From Bdellovibrionia bacterium (lineage in GTDB: Bacteria > Bdellovibrionota > UBA1018): a DNA stretch of 15,702 bases. A program made the translations under genes and the position numbers. The number at the start of each line of letters is the position of its first letter. Positions within the stretch are counted from its first letter, which is position 1. The stretch spans positions 1 through 15,702 of the forward strand of contig JBMSSC010000060.1 in the NCBI GenBank assembly GCA_049424145.1, read 5' to 3'. The notes below the pieces were generated by a model. The model searched no databases, was not told the origin of the DNA, and saw only the letters and a program-made list of their open reading frames with translations. This document shows, one piece after another, positions 7,501 through 14,802 of the stretch.

Positions 7501-8482
7501 GGCGCAAGTCACGAACCTGAGCCAATTGATCCCCTAATGGACGATGGGGCAACTTAGGAGTTAGGATCACCTCCGCCTGAACGAGGAGTTCTTCTGGAGT
7601 CTCGGGACTCAAAGGAGTCGCTTGAAATCGTGCGGAGGGGTTGAAGTAGACTCTGCCTTCAGCCGTAAAATCTCGCATGTATTCAATTCTGGACCGGCTC
7701 TGAGACTCATTAAAAAACGTCGGATGGTTCAAAGTGACTCCGGTGTCAGCCACTCCCACTCGAACTGAAGATCCATTGACTGGATGGCCTCCTAATTCCG
7801 CTTGAGCCAATTTTAGAAACTCAGGCACTCTCATTTGCCTCAGTCCACTGAAATCAGACCGATCCTCCTTCGGATGCGCGCTGCTCCCATGAGTTTTAGC
7901 GAAAGACAGGCTCCCCTGAGATTCAAAGGACGGATTGACCTCCTTTAAATCTCTCATCAAATCCGGATCATGAACAATTGGGTTGAATACTACGCTATGG
8001 GGAAAACTCAGTGCGTGAAGAGGAGCCATTAAATCTTCCTGATACGGAAGTTCAAACTCAAAGTACCCCACCTCAGGATACTCCTTCCAGGCCACTGCTT
8101 TGAGATTTCTGACTTGACGATGAATTGACCCAAGCTCTGAGCTAAAAATCTCCAGCTGTTCTTTCTGGGGCTTCAGAGCAACCGATGATCTCAAACGAGC
8201 AAAAGACTCCTCTGAAAGGGTCCCTTGGACTTTAAAAAAAAGAACGCCTGCTCGATTTTCAACAAAAATCTCAGCCCCATTACTCAGAGAGACTCTTTGG
8301 CCCTCACCTCGAGCAATCGAATCGGCTTCAATCTGGGGACCGTGGATTTCAGGAACGATACTGGGTTTTGAATCCCCTGACCCAAAAAAGCATCCTGACG
8401 TCCAAAGAGAAAGCAAACACACACTTGCTTTGAAGTTGATTGATTGCACCGAATTGTCCCCCCCTGAGCTTTTTAAACCCAA
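4538..8482 (-). CDS. S8 subtilisin-family serine peptidase, tripeptidyl-peptidase II/pyrolysin-like, probable lipoprotein
   Basis: Catalytic motifs VGVADTG (Asp), NHGTHVSGI (His), SAGNSG (oxyanion Asn) and GTSMAAP (Ser), plus FSSRGP. Large insert between Asp and His. N-terminal CLLSLWTSGC lipobox-like signal. Start codon uncertain. Confidence 0.92.
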   Translation of the reverse strand: MGLKSSGGDNSVQSINFKASVCLLSLWTSGCFFGSGDSKPSIVPEIHGPQIEADSIARGEGQRVSLSNGAEIFVENRAGVLFFKVQGTLSEESFARLRSSVALKPQKEQLEIFSSELGSIHRQVRNLKAVAWKEYPEVGYFEFELPYQEDLMAPLHALSFPHSVVFNPIVHDPDLMRDLKEVNPSFESQGSLSFAKTHGSSAHPKEDRSDFSGLRQMRVPEFLKLAQAELGGHPVNGSSVRVGVADTGVTLNHPTFFNESQSRSRIEYMRDFTAEGRVYFNPSARFQATPLSPETPEELLVQAEVILTPKLPHRPLGDQLAQVRDLRLRVSPELRSLLLQPGSGAKLGILSEENFQGSEPVDINGDGKTNTHFYLIFVPGKTPAQDVVYVDPSGTGDFRNAKPLGDWNITHASVAAFAEKFGFDFKDEVLPSVKPEQSISVRSVSLVGFDPGNHGTHVSGIIAGRKTITNDRSNTLARGVVPEATLAVNRACANSSGCSFVEAAIDLVTQAHVDVVNLSLGRLTQYNDGFSVQDLVINRLTQVYNVLFVISAGNSGPGRQTIGSPSAAKYSLSVGATASASMIRRQYQWPAGGSELQDDVSKSDDFLLFFSSRGPTAAGGFKPNLVAPGTELSAVQLNVPPGHHAGLEVYWGTSMAAPSATGAFALLLDAIKKYNHRYPETPLTTDAIALRQVLMESARPFRVSRFDVEKGEYQKGPYTWADEGMGMLDLPQAWSKLFELREAQLESAVSLEGKPVELEYQVLVPIKNPSGVAYDGSRQEATGGPSFGEGLYLNASEVRPLYPIGVSRRLPEKWASHPQVGDLTMQLRTTQDEFLLKTYIYGSDQPWVRAGTLDDLDCSSPEDSEFALIGEGATVETLDHHSGRLNLSKFSTLNLCMDEAKIATLQPGDHGALIQAYRIVDGKVAVLPSFTVPIFMTVPHQELSSSEPVVISRSIKSFEGQRNYLKVPEGTSFVQVTLEVPPVVLDDQGNKTAQSHCSSVELMALIGKNTSKLFASRSQARVSNCDSSGRPIDSLSQRRVRQIIPGPMSGIWDLHVFGSYPVPNSDYTLTVDYFKSSSSIQEIRGDFLSLSGRFRVQFNEASLPVGPDPRVSRYELQGLKTSHEEVISGAGEVMVKQDGRVFHEYLEGVNLVRATISGSSEADLDLLVIGCDKKAQDLSDPSCHPVMSGTGPTDREEVIFKPSSQLHYAFKVLSSESPSLLRFQFSQFMSFEPELGMLQFMEDQTEAGNRGFEVSYEMSPDQVSRSVLLQTPCFQEGRCSITGLISVLTSGGVPLAKIPLEIQSASQKLRTSTP

Positions 8483-8720
8483 CTCTTTTGGAATATCATA
8501 GTTTTAAAAAAATCCTGAGACTATTTTTCTCCTCCGCGTGTGGGAGAGGTCGGGGAATCTTTGTTCCTCTTCATGGAAAAACGCGGAGTACTCCATCTTG
8601 ATCAGCGTGGATCATGGACCCTGAAGTAGGACTCCTTGCAGCTGGGCTTGATTCGGACTTTGGACTCTGAACCTATGGGCTCGCTCTCACCCAGACCCTG
8701 AACAAAAAAGGCCCCGTGCA

Positions 8721-9959
8721 TCATTCTTTTTTACATTCTGGCTCTGCTATAAAAATCTGATAAAGGCCATCCAAATAGGCCATCTTCTGTGCCAGACTTC
8801 TTCGTTTATTGACTCGATTGGGTTGATCCGCCTTAAAATCCTCAAACTCCTCACTCAAACGAATCAATGCTTTTTCAGCCCGATCCAAATCCGAGTAATA
8901 CCGAATCTCACACGGTGAAGAAATCAGGTCTTGGATCTGTTGACGAGTGATGCCTTTGTACTCTTCAGAAACAAAGACGACGTCTGCAATGGCCTGCTCT
9001 CGGCCTGGAGGCCCCGGATACTGTTGATCAAATAGCTGATAAACCGATAGAGCAATGGGTCCAACCGAATCTATGGGTCTTCCACGCTTCATGTAATTTC
9101 TTAAGAGAGGCAGAATCTTAGGATCCTTCTGCATCCCCAAGATAAACTTCCCGGGGATAGAATAAAGAAGAGAGGCCCGATAGCGATGAAAGGACCCAAG
9201 AAGGGATTGCTTGATGTTGTCTTTGATTGTGGCCCCATTTCGCTTGACGCCCAAAAAAGTCAGACCTGCGAAATGAATGACATCCTCTTCTTCGTCATTG
9301 CCATTGTCATAACCCCACTCAGGCAGCTCCCCTTTCATCTGCGGAGCGAGTAAGAAAATTTCAATTTTTCCGCTTCCTTCAGGGGCTTTTTCTTCCGCCC
9401 CCAGCAAAGCTAATAAATGATCATGCTCAAGCTCCTCGGCCATGGGCATCAGGGAGTCCGTCGATTGCTCCGAGTGAGCTTGCGAATCTAAAGCCAACTC
9501 TCTTTCGGACTGAGACTTCTGGTCTCTCCAATTCTCTAGAAGAGCTTTTTTTTCCCTTTTTTCAAGCTCCGAAAGGAAACGATCCCAACCCGAATCATCT
9601 GAATTTCCTGCGTCTGAGAAAGCATCCCAAAACGACCTCACTTTTTCCTTTTTTTCAAGCTCCGAAAGAAAACGATCCCAACCCGAATCGTCTGAATTGC
9701 CTACGTCTGAGAAAGCATCCCAGATCGACCTCACCCAAACGCAACGTTCCTTTTTTTGAGCCTCATCCAATCCGCCAGCCCATGAGGTCGGAGGGGGGCT
9801 TGTGTTACTGAGAAGTGCAGTTTTTGAGCGACGCAAGTTCTGAAGTGTACGAGATTTGGACCCGCTGGAACCTGAGGTCAGAAGAGCACCGAGAGCCTCA
9901 CTTCCTCCCCACACAGCCAAAAGGCTTGAGACTAAGAATACCTCTATTATTTTTCTCAT
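8721..9959 (-). CDS. Hypothetical secreted protein with internal 31-aa tandem duplication
   Basis: Long ORF. ATG at 9959 gives signal-peptide-like MRKIIEVFLVSSLLAVWGGSEALG. No recognisable family. Confidence 0.75.
   Translation of the reverse strand: MRKIIEVFLVSSLLAVWGGSEALGALLTSGSSGSKSRTLQNLRRSKTALLSNTSPPPTSWAGGLDEAQKKERCVWVRSIWDAFSDVGNSDDSGWDRFLSELEKKEKVRSFWDAFSDAGNSDDSGWDRFLSELEKREKKALLENWRDQKSQSERELALDSQAHSEQSTDSLMPMAEELEHDHLLALLGAEEKAPEGSGKIEIFLLAPQMKGELPEWGYDNGNDEEEDVIHFAGLTFLGVKRNGATIKDNIKQSLLGSFHRYRASLLYSIPGKFILGMQKDPKILPLLRNYMKRGRPIDSVGPIALSVYQLFDQQYPGPPGREQAIADVVFVSEEYKGITRQQIQDLISSPCEIRYYSDLDRAEKALIRLSEEFEDFKADQPNRVNKRRSLAQKMAYLDGLYQIFIAEPECKKE
9549..9734. repeat. 93-bp in-frame tandem duplication (2 copies: 9549-9641, 9642-9734)
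   Basis: TTCAAGCTCCGAAAG at 9561 and 9654; GACCTCAC ends at 9641 and 9734. Encodes VRS(I/F)WDAFSD(V/A)GNSDDSGWDRFLSELEK(K/R)EK. Confidence 0.95.
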
Positions 9960-10087
9960 TTTTTCCCTATTTTGACGCGGATTCAACTTCGTTTTTTGCC
10001 CACATTCGAAAATTCTTGTTTAGAAAAAAACAAGAGCACCTAGAAAAAGAGTTAATATAGGACCTAACTGGGATCAAGCTCTTTTCC

Positions 10088-10963
10088 ATGTTGATCTCAG
10101 CGATTCCATGGAGTTCTCATTTGATTAAAGAAAAAAACCGAGGCAAAAATGATTCTATGGAAACCATGACTCAGAAAAACGGTTGGAGTTCAAAATGGCT
10201 TCGCTCATCCACCCTTCCTTGTCGTTTGGGAGCGTTTCAAGGATGCAAGCTTGGGGTTTTAGGACTCATCAGTCTTTTGCAATCTGTTTTCATTGGGGGT
10301 CTCAACGCGCTAGCCCAAGATACGCCTTCTCCCCCACTCTCTCCCTCTCCCCCAGGCCAGATCGAAAAGCGGGATCCCAGAATACCTCGCTTTTATGACT
10401 ATAAACCTCAATGGGGAATTTCCCTAAACTACTCTCCTGCTGCCTTTGGGGGGCGAGCCCTGGCGCCTCAACAAGGCTCTTTACAGGCCACTGCCTTTTC
10501 GATCGTCACTGAGTTTCAACCCCGCTTCATTCAGTCCTTAGGGGTCTTAGGTATCGGAACTGCCCTTTCCATCTACCCCATCTTAGGGCAGCCCTCGGAG
10601 GCCAGCCCTCTGAACCCGAGTGCTTTTTCAATCTGGTCTCTCGGGGGGCAAGTCCGATATCAAGCTCGTTTTTTTCGTCAACAGGTCCTCGTTCCCTCCG
10701 TTGCTTATGCTTGGGAGTACCTGACGTATTATTTTAACGATGGACCTGAAGGGCACCTCCTTCTCAGTGGTCCTGTTTATGGACTTTGGCTTTTGCTCAA
10801 TTGGATTGATCCGTCCACGGCAGCGCACTTCTTTATTGACTATGGTGTGGCTCGGACCTACCTGATTTTTGAGGCTCGAGATGTGCGGAGCTCTCAGGAG
10901 AATTTGAACATTCAATCCGTACGAGGATTTTCTTACTTCTTAGGACTCCGCTTTGAGTTTTGA
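10088..10963 (+). CDS. Putative outer-membrane beta-barrel protein
   Basis: Signal-like segment ending ALA-Q, Pro-rich linker, alternating amphipathic aromatic-rich strands, and C-terminal YFLGLRFEF (BamA-type terminal Phe). Real start probably a downstream ATG. Confidence 0.75.
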   Translation: MLISAIPWSSHLIKEKNRGKNDSMETMTQKNGWSSKWLRSSTLPCRLGAFQGCKLGVLGLISLLQSVFIGGLNALAQDTPSPPLSPSPPGQIEKRDPRIPRFYDYKPQWGISLNYSPAAFGGRALAPQQGSLQATAFSIVTEFQPRFIQSLGVLGIGTALSIYPILGQPSEASPLNPSAFSIWSLGGQVRYQARFFRQQVLVPSVAYAWEYLTYYFNDGPEGHLLLSGPVYGLWLLLNWIDPSTAAHFFIDYGVARTYLIFEARDVRSSQENLNIQSVRGFSYFLGLRFEF

Positions 10964-11044
10964 GGACCGCTGTTCTGTTTCTCAGTAGCGATGAACTCCT
11001 TCTCCGTTTTCATTTAGAGAACAGCAAAAAGCCTCAGAAAGGCG

Positions 11045-11073
11045 TTGACTAATTTATCAAATGTGACTAAATC
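11045..11073 (+). promoter_or_regulatory. Possible sigma70 promoter for tRNA-Leu
   Basis: TTGACT (11045-11050), 17-nt spacer, then a weak -10 TAAATC, about 28 nt upstream of the tRNA. Confidence 0.3.
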
Positions 11074-11101
11074 TGGAGCTCCCTTCAGCAACTGTGTTTG
11101 T

Positions 11102-11186
11102 GCTCAGATGGCGGAATTGGTATACGCGCTCGTTTGAGGGGCGAGTGGGGCAACCCGTGCAGGTTCAAGTCCTGTTCTGAGCACCA
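11102..11186 (+). tRNA. tRNA-Leu (anticodon GAG)
   Basis: Acceptor GCTCAGA/TCTGAGC + A-CCA; D-loop GGAATTGGTATAC; anticodon arm CTCGT-TTGAGGG-GCGAG; long variable arm GGG-GCAA-CCC; T-loop GGTTCAAGTCC. Confidence 0.97.
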
Positions 11187-11390
11187 TCCAAACTTTTACT
11201 TAAGGCGATCTTAAGTTGAATCGCTCTGTAAGAAGAGCAATCCCAAGGACTCCCTTGAGACTCAACCAATCAGGAGAAGAGCGGTTTAAACCCGGATCGA
11301 CCTCAGGGAGAAGTTGAGATTGACGAAAGTTTGCTGAAAAAAAAATTGCAACCCGTTGCAGACACCGGTTGCAATCAAAAGAGGAGAAAT

Positions 11391-11690
11391 CTAGTTCAAG
11401 CTCATCTCGGAATCGAGATCCGAGAGATGCGTTTCTAAAGAGACCCAAAGAGGCTCTTCTCCTTCAGGACAAAGCTCCAGGCCTTGAATCTCACCCACAT
11501 CAACGGTGGGGCAGAGTTTTTCTCGGTTCAAGAGCTGAAGAGATTTGGAATCAGAAAAAACAGGGGCATGAAACGAAATTCTTTTTTCAGACAGACCTCC
11601 CCCTTGAGTCCATGCCAGGACTCCAACTGAAAAAACAGCAACTGGGTAAGACATCCTGAGAATATTTGAAAGACCGATGAAGAAACCCAT
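11391..11690 (-). CDS. Small hypothetical protein (99 aa) with N-terminal hydrophobic segment
   Basis: ATG start preceded by purine-rich AAGGAAGAAG; hydrophobic N-terminus and acidic C-terminus. No homology recognised. Confidence 0.4.
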   Translation of the reverse strand: MGFFIGLSNILRMSYPVAVFSVGVLAWTQGGGLSEKRISFHAPVFSDSKSLQLLNREKLCPTVDVGEIQGLELCPEGEEPLWVSLETHLSDLDSEMSLN

Positions 11691-11902
11691 GGACCATTAC
11701 CTTCTTCCTTTTTAATTCGCCCGGCTTGCGGAATAAAGCAGACATGAAAGAGAGCAATTAGAATCGGTTTTTAAAAGATTGATTTTTTAACCTGACACCA
11801 CCTTCCCGTTGCTTTAGTTTCTAGAGTCTCTGCTTTATGATGTCAAGATTTCCCTTGGTCTGAAAGTAAAATCGATAGGTTATTTTTTAAAAAAGAGGAT
11901 TT

Positions 11903-12394
11903 GTGAAAATTCAACTCTATGCTTTTGGAAAGCTCAAGACTGCAGGCCTCAGGGAAACGGCAGACTACTACGAAAAACTCCTCCGAGGATTTGTGGCGTT
12001 TGAAGAAATCGAGCTCAAGCCTTTACCGGTGCACGAGAAGAGCCCGACGAACCGAAAAAAGATCCAAGAAAAAGAAGCCACTCTCCTCTTTGAGAGACTC
12101 GCCAAAGAACCCGGGGAAAGAAAGCTCATTTATCTTCTTGATGAGAAAGGAAAGGCGCGCTCAACCCGTGAGTGGTCTGAGCAAATGAGAACCTGGGAGT
12201 CCTCTTCAATCTCAAAAGTCGTCCTGATCATTGGGAGTAGCCTTGGGTTTTCTCCTGAGACCATCCAAAAAGCCCAAGGTTGTTTTAGTCTAGGCCCACA
12301 AACCCTATCTCATGAATTGGCGCGCGTGGTTTTGATTGAACAGCTCTATCGAAGCCTGAGTCTTTTAAGAGGACACCCCTACCATAATGATTAG
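11903..12394 (+). CDS. rlmH: 23S rRNA (pseudouridine1915-N3)-methyltransferase
   Basis: GTG start after AGAGGA. Motifs GKLK, YxKxL, LDEKGK, IIGSSLGF, SLGPQTLSHELARVVLIEQLYR and GHPYH. Confidence 0.96.
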   Translation: MKIQLYAFGKLKTAGLRETADYYEKLLRGFVAFEEIELKPLPVHEKSPTNRKKIQEKEATLLFERLAKEPGERKLIYLLDEKGKARSTREWSEQMRTWESSSISKVVLIIGSSLGFSPETIQKAQGCFSLGPQTLSHELARVVLIEQLYRSLSLLRGHPYHND

Positions 12395-12820
12395 TCCATC
12401 GAGGCGGCGGTTCACCCAGATCGATCTTCAGCCTATCCTGCTGGCGTTGTCTAGGAAGATGAACAAAGACCAGCTCAACTGATCGAGAGCAAGGCTGTTA
12501 CATGGAGAGTCGCAAAGCCCCTCCTCCGTATGGTGCTCGAATGGACGAGCCGGACTTCGAGTTAGGGGACATGTCGCCCGAGATTTGCACCTCAAAATGG
12601 ACTCAAAAGGGGAGCAAGAACAGGCTCGGGGCAAGCTCAAAAAAATAAAAGATCAGGCTTAAAATAGGCTTAAGCTAGGCTTCACTTCTGAAATCCAAGC
12701 TCAAAAGAGTCAAATGGGGTTTCCCTTTAGGGCTCCAAGCCTTAAGTCCCGGGCAAATCTCAGTGAGAACACCGATCGCAAGTTTACCTCAAGCAGCAAT
12801 TGAATCAGAAATCACGAGTC

Positions 12821-13618
12821 TTACTCACGCGCCTCGCGTGCACGCGTAAAAACAAACTCCACGCGTCGGTTCTTGACCTCTGCATCAGGAGTGCGGCTGT
12901 TAGTGAACTTCTCATGTACAATATGAGTGACGACTGGATGAATTTGATCGGATCCCAAAAGGCGATGAGACACAAAGTAGTTCATCACAGATACGGACTT
13001 AATAATGGAGGCCTCATAAAGACTGGGCATTTTTCTTCCATCCAACAGGAGGTCGGCCGAATGGGCTTCAATGGAGAGACTCCCTTTTAATCCACTTAAG
13101 ATGCGCCCTACTCGATCCAAGTACTCAGACGCCTTTTGTCGAAGCTGACTGGACTCCGGCTCAAATAAGAGTGTATCGGAAATTGAAAACCGGATATAAT
13201 CCATCTCCACTTCCACCCCAAAAGCGATGTCCCCTAAAACCTCGTGCAACAACTCTCCGACCTCTTTGAGGTTCTCAGGGCGAGAGATGTTCTTCACCGC
13301 ATCTTTCACAAAATCAGCGGAGACCATCCCCGTTCCACCATTTAAAATCGAATCTCCAGCTCCGAGCATCTCACCCATGTTGTGAGCCAAAGTCGTGGTT
13401 GGATCCCCCCCAGACTTAAAGTGCTCTCCAGGGTGATTAAAAAAGAAGGAGACAGAAGCCTTCGTCTCATCATCAGAAGCCATGAGCCACATCACCAGAA
13501 AAAACGCCATCATAGCTGTCACGAAGTCAGCATAAGCCACCTTCCAAGCACCCCCATGATGACCGTGACCGCCTCCGCCTTTTTTCTTTTTAATGATGGT
13601 GATATTTGCGTTGGCCAT
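12821..13618 (-). CDS. motB: Flagellar motor stator protein MotB
   Basis: HHGGAWKVAYADFVTAMMAFFLVMWL transmembrane motif with the conserved Asp; C-terminal OmpA-like domain ending NRRVEF. ATG overlaps the motA stop (TAATG). Confidence 0.93.
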   Translation of the reverse strand: MANANITIIKKKKGGGGHGHHGGAWKVAYADFVTAMMAFFLVMWLMASDDETKASVSFFFNHPGEHFKSGGDPTTTLAHNMGEMLGAGDSILNGGTGMVSADFVKDAVKNISRPENLKEVGELLHEVLGDIAFGVEVEMDYIRFSISDTLLFEPESSQLRQKASEYLDRVGRILSGLKGSLSIEAHSADLLLDGRKMPSLYEASIIKSVSVMNYFVSHRLLGSDQIHPVVTHIVHEKFTNSRTPDAEVKNRRVEFVFTRAREARE

Positions 13619-14475
13619 TATTTCCCTACGTTCGATGTGGCTTTATCCACTTCTTCAAATGTGGGGCGCACCTCGGGTGGAATTGATCTTCTGCCAAACT
13701 CTACGCAAACTTTTGGGGCGCAGTTTTTGGCATAGGCGATCAAAGCCGCCTTGATCACCATGGCAAACTTTGATTCTTCTCCTAAATTCGATTCCATCTT
13801 GGCTGCTAAGGGTTGCATAAAACCGTAGGAAGCCAAGATCCCTAAAAACGTTCCCACTAGTGCTGCCGCAACACTATGACCGATCACATCTTTTCCTTCA
13901 GTCAATTTACCCATCGTAATGACGACCCCTAAGACGGCTGCCACGATCCCCAGGCCAGGCATGGCGTCTCCAACTCGAGTGATGGTTGCAGGAGCCTTGT
14001 GCTCTTCTTCGTGAGCAGCAGTCAGATCAATGTCCATTAAGTCTTCCAGATCGTAGGGACTCATTGCAGCAGTGAGTTGAACTTTTAAGGTGTCACACAG
14101 AAAATCAAGCGCATGGTGATTATGCAAAACGGCGGGATACTTCTTAAAAATTTCACTATTTTCAGGTTTCTCCACATGCGCCTCAATGGCCATGGGATTG
14201 GCCTTGGCCAATTTAAAGAGCTCAAATAAAAGCAGAAGCAAGGCCAAGAAGTCTGCTTTCTGTGGGCCGCCCTTACCAACAACTGCCCCTAAAATTTGTT
14301 TTACGATTTGCTTGAGAAGTGGAATGGGCGAGGAGATCAGCAAGGATCCAGCCGCAGCTCCTCCAATAATGAGCAACTCAATGGGCTGAATCAAAACGCC
14401 CATATGACCGCCTTCCATTAAGAATCCACCGAAAACACATGCGACGACAACTAAGGCACCGACAATGACTAACAC
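13618..14475 (-). CDS. motA: Flagellar motor stator protein MotA
   Basis: GGFLMEGG, QPIELLIIGGAA, GDAMPGLGIVAAVLGV, AALVGTFLGIL, EFGRRSIP. GTG at 14475 after GAGGAAGAGGGG gives a typical 285 aa. Confidence 0.96.
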   Translation of the reverse strand: MLVIVGALVVVACVFGGFLMEGGHMGVLIQPIELLIIGGAAAGSLLISSPIPLLKQIVKQILGAVVGKGGPQKADFLALLLLLFELFKLAKANPMAIEAHVEKPENSEIFKKYPAVLHNHHALDFLCDTLKVQLTAAMSPYDLEDLMDIDLTAAHEEEHKAPATITRVGDAMPGLGIVAAVLGVVITMGKLTEGKDVIGHSVAAALVGTFLGILASYGFMQPLAAKMESNLGEESKFAMVIKAALIAYAKNCAPKVCVEFGRRSIPPEVRPTFEEVDKATSNVGK

Positions 14476-14501
14476 AAGGGTTCCCCTCTTCCTCATTAGT
14501 C

Positions 14502-14529
14502 CTTTCGTCTTTTTTACCAAAGGAGTTTA
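14502..14529 (-). promoter_or_regulatory. Possible sigma28 (FliA)-type promoter for motAB
   Basis: Minus strand TAAA-N16-GACGAAAG versus consensus TAAA-N15/16-GCCGATAA, just upstream of the motA RBS. Confidence 0.3.
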
Positions 14530-14776
14530 ATTTTTTTTGACCCAATCCAAGTTCGCATCCCCTCACCTCTCAACAGCTAACCGATTGAGTCAATTAATGG
14601 CGATTTAAAAAGTTGCCTCATCTTCAATCTTTAACTTAGTTTATGTTATCTAAAGAAAACGGCATAACCCACGAAACATCAAATGAGCCAGACTCAAGCA
14701 TCAATCACTTCAGAGAAGAAGTGCCCGACCGGAAGGAACACAAATCGGACTAATCTTTGGAAAGCTCTGGTCTTTA

Positions 14777-14794
14777 GGCACACCTCTTTGTGCC
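14777..14794 (-). terminator. Short hairpin 8 nt downstream of the DUF1566 gene stop
   Basis: GGCACA-(6-nt loop)-TGTGCC; no strong U-tract. Confidence 0.3.
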
Positions 14795-14802
14795 ATATTG
14801 AC

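Noticed and set aside
9549..9734. CRISPR-like array
   Set aside because: Directly abutting in-frame coding duplication with no spacers and no cas genes.
11102..11700. tRNA-Leu as an integration site of a genomic island
   Set aside because: No duplicated tRNA 3' end seen in the window and no adjacent integrase.
12395..12820. ORF 12428..12640 and AGGCTT mini-repeats between rlmH and motB
   Set aside because: TTG start, atypical composition and no motifs; the repeats are too short to be significant.
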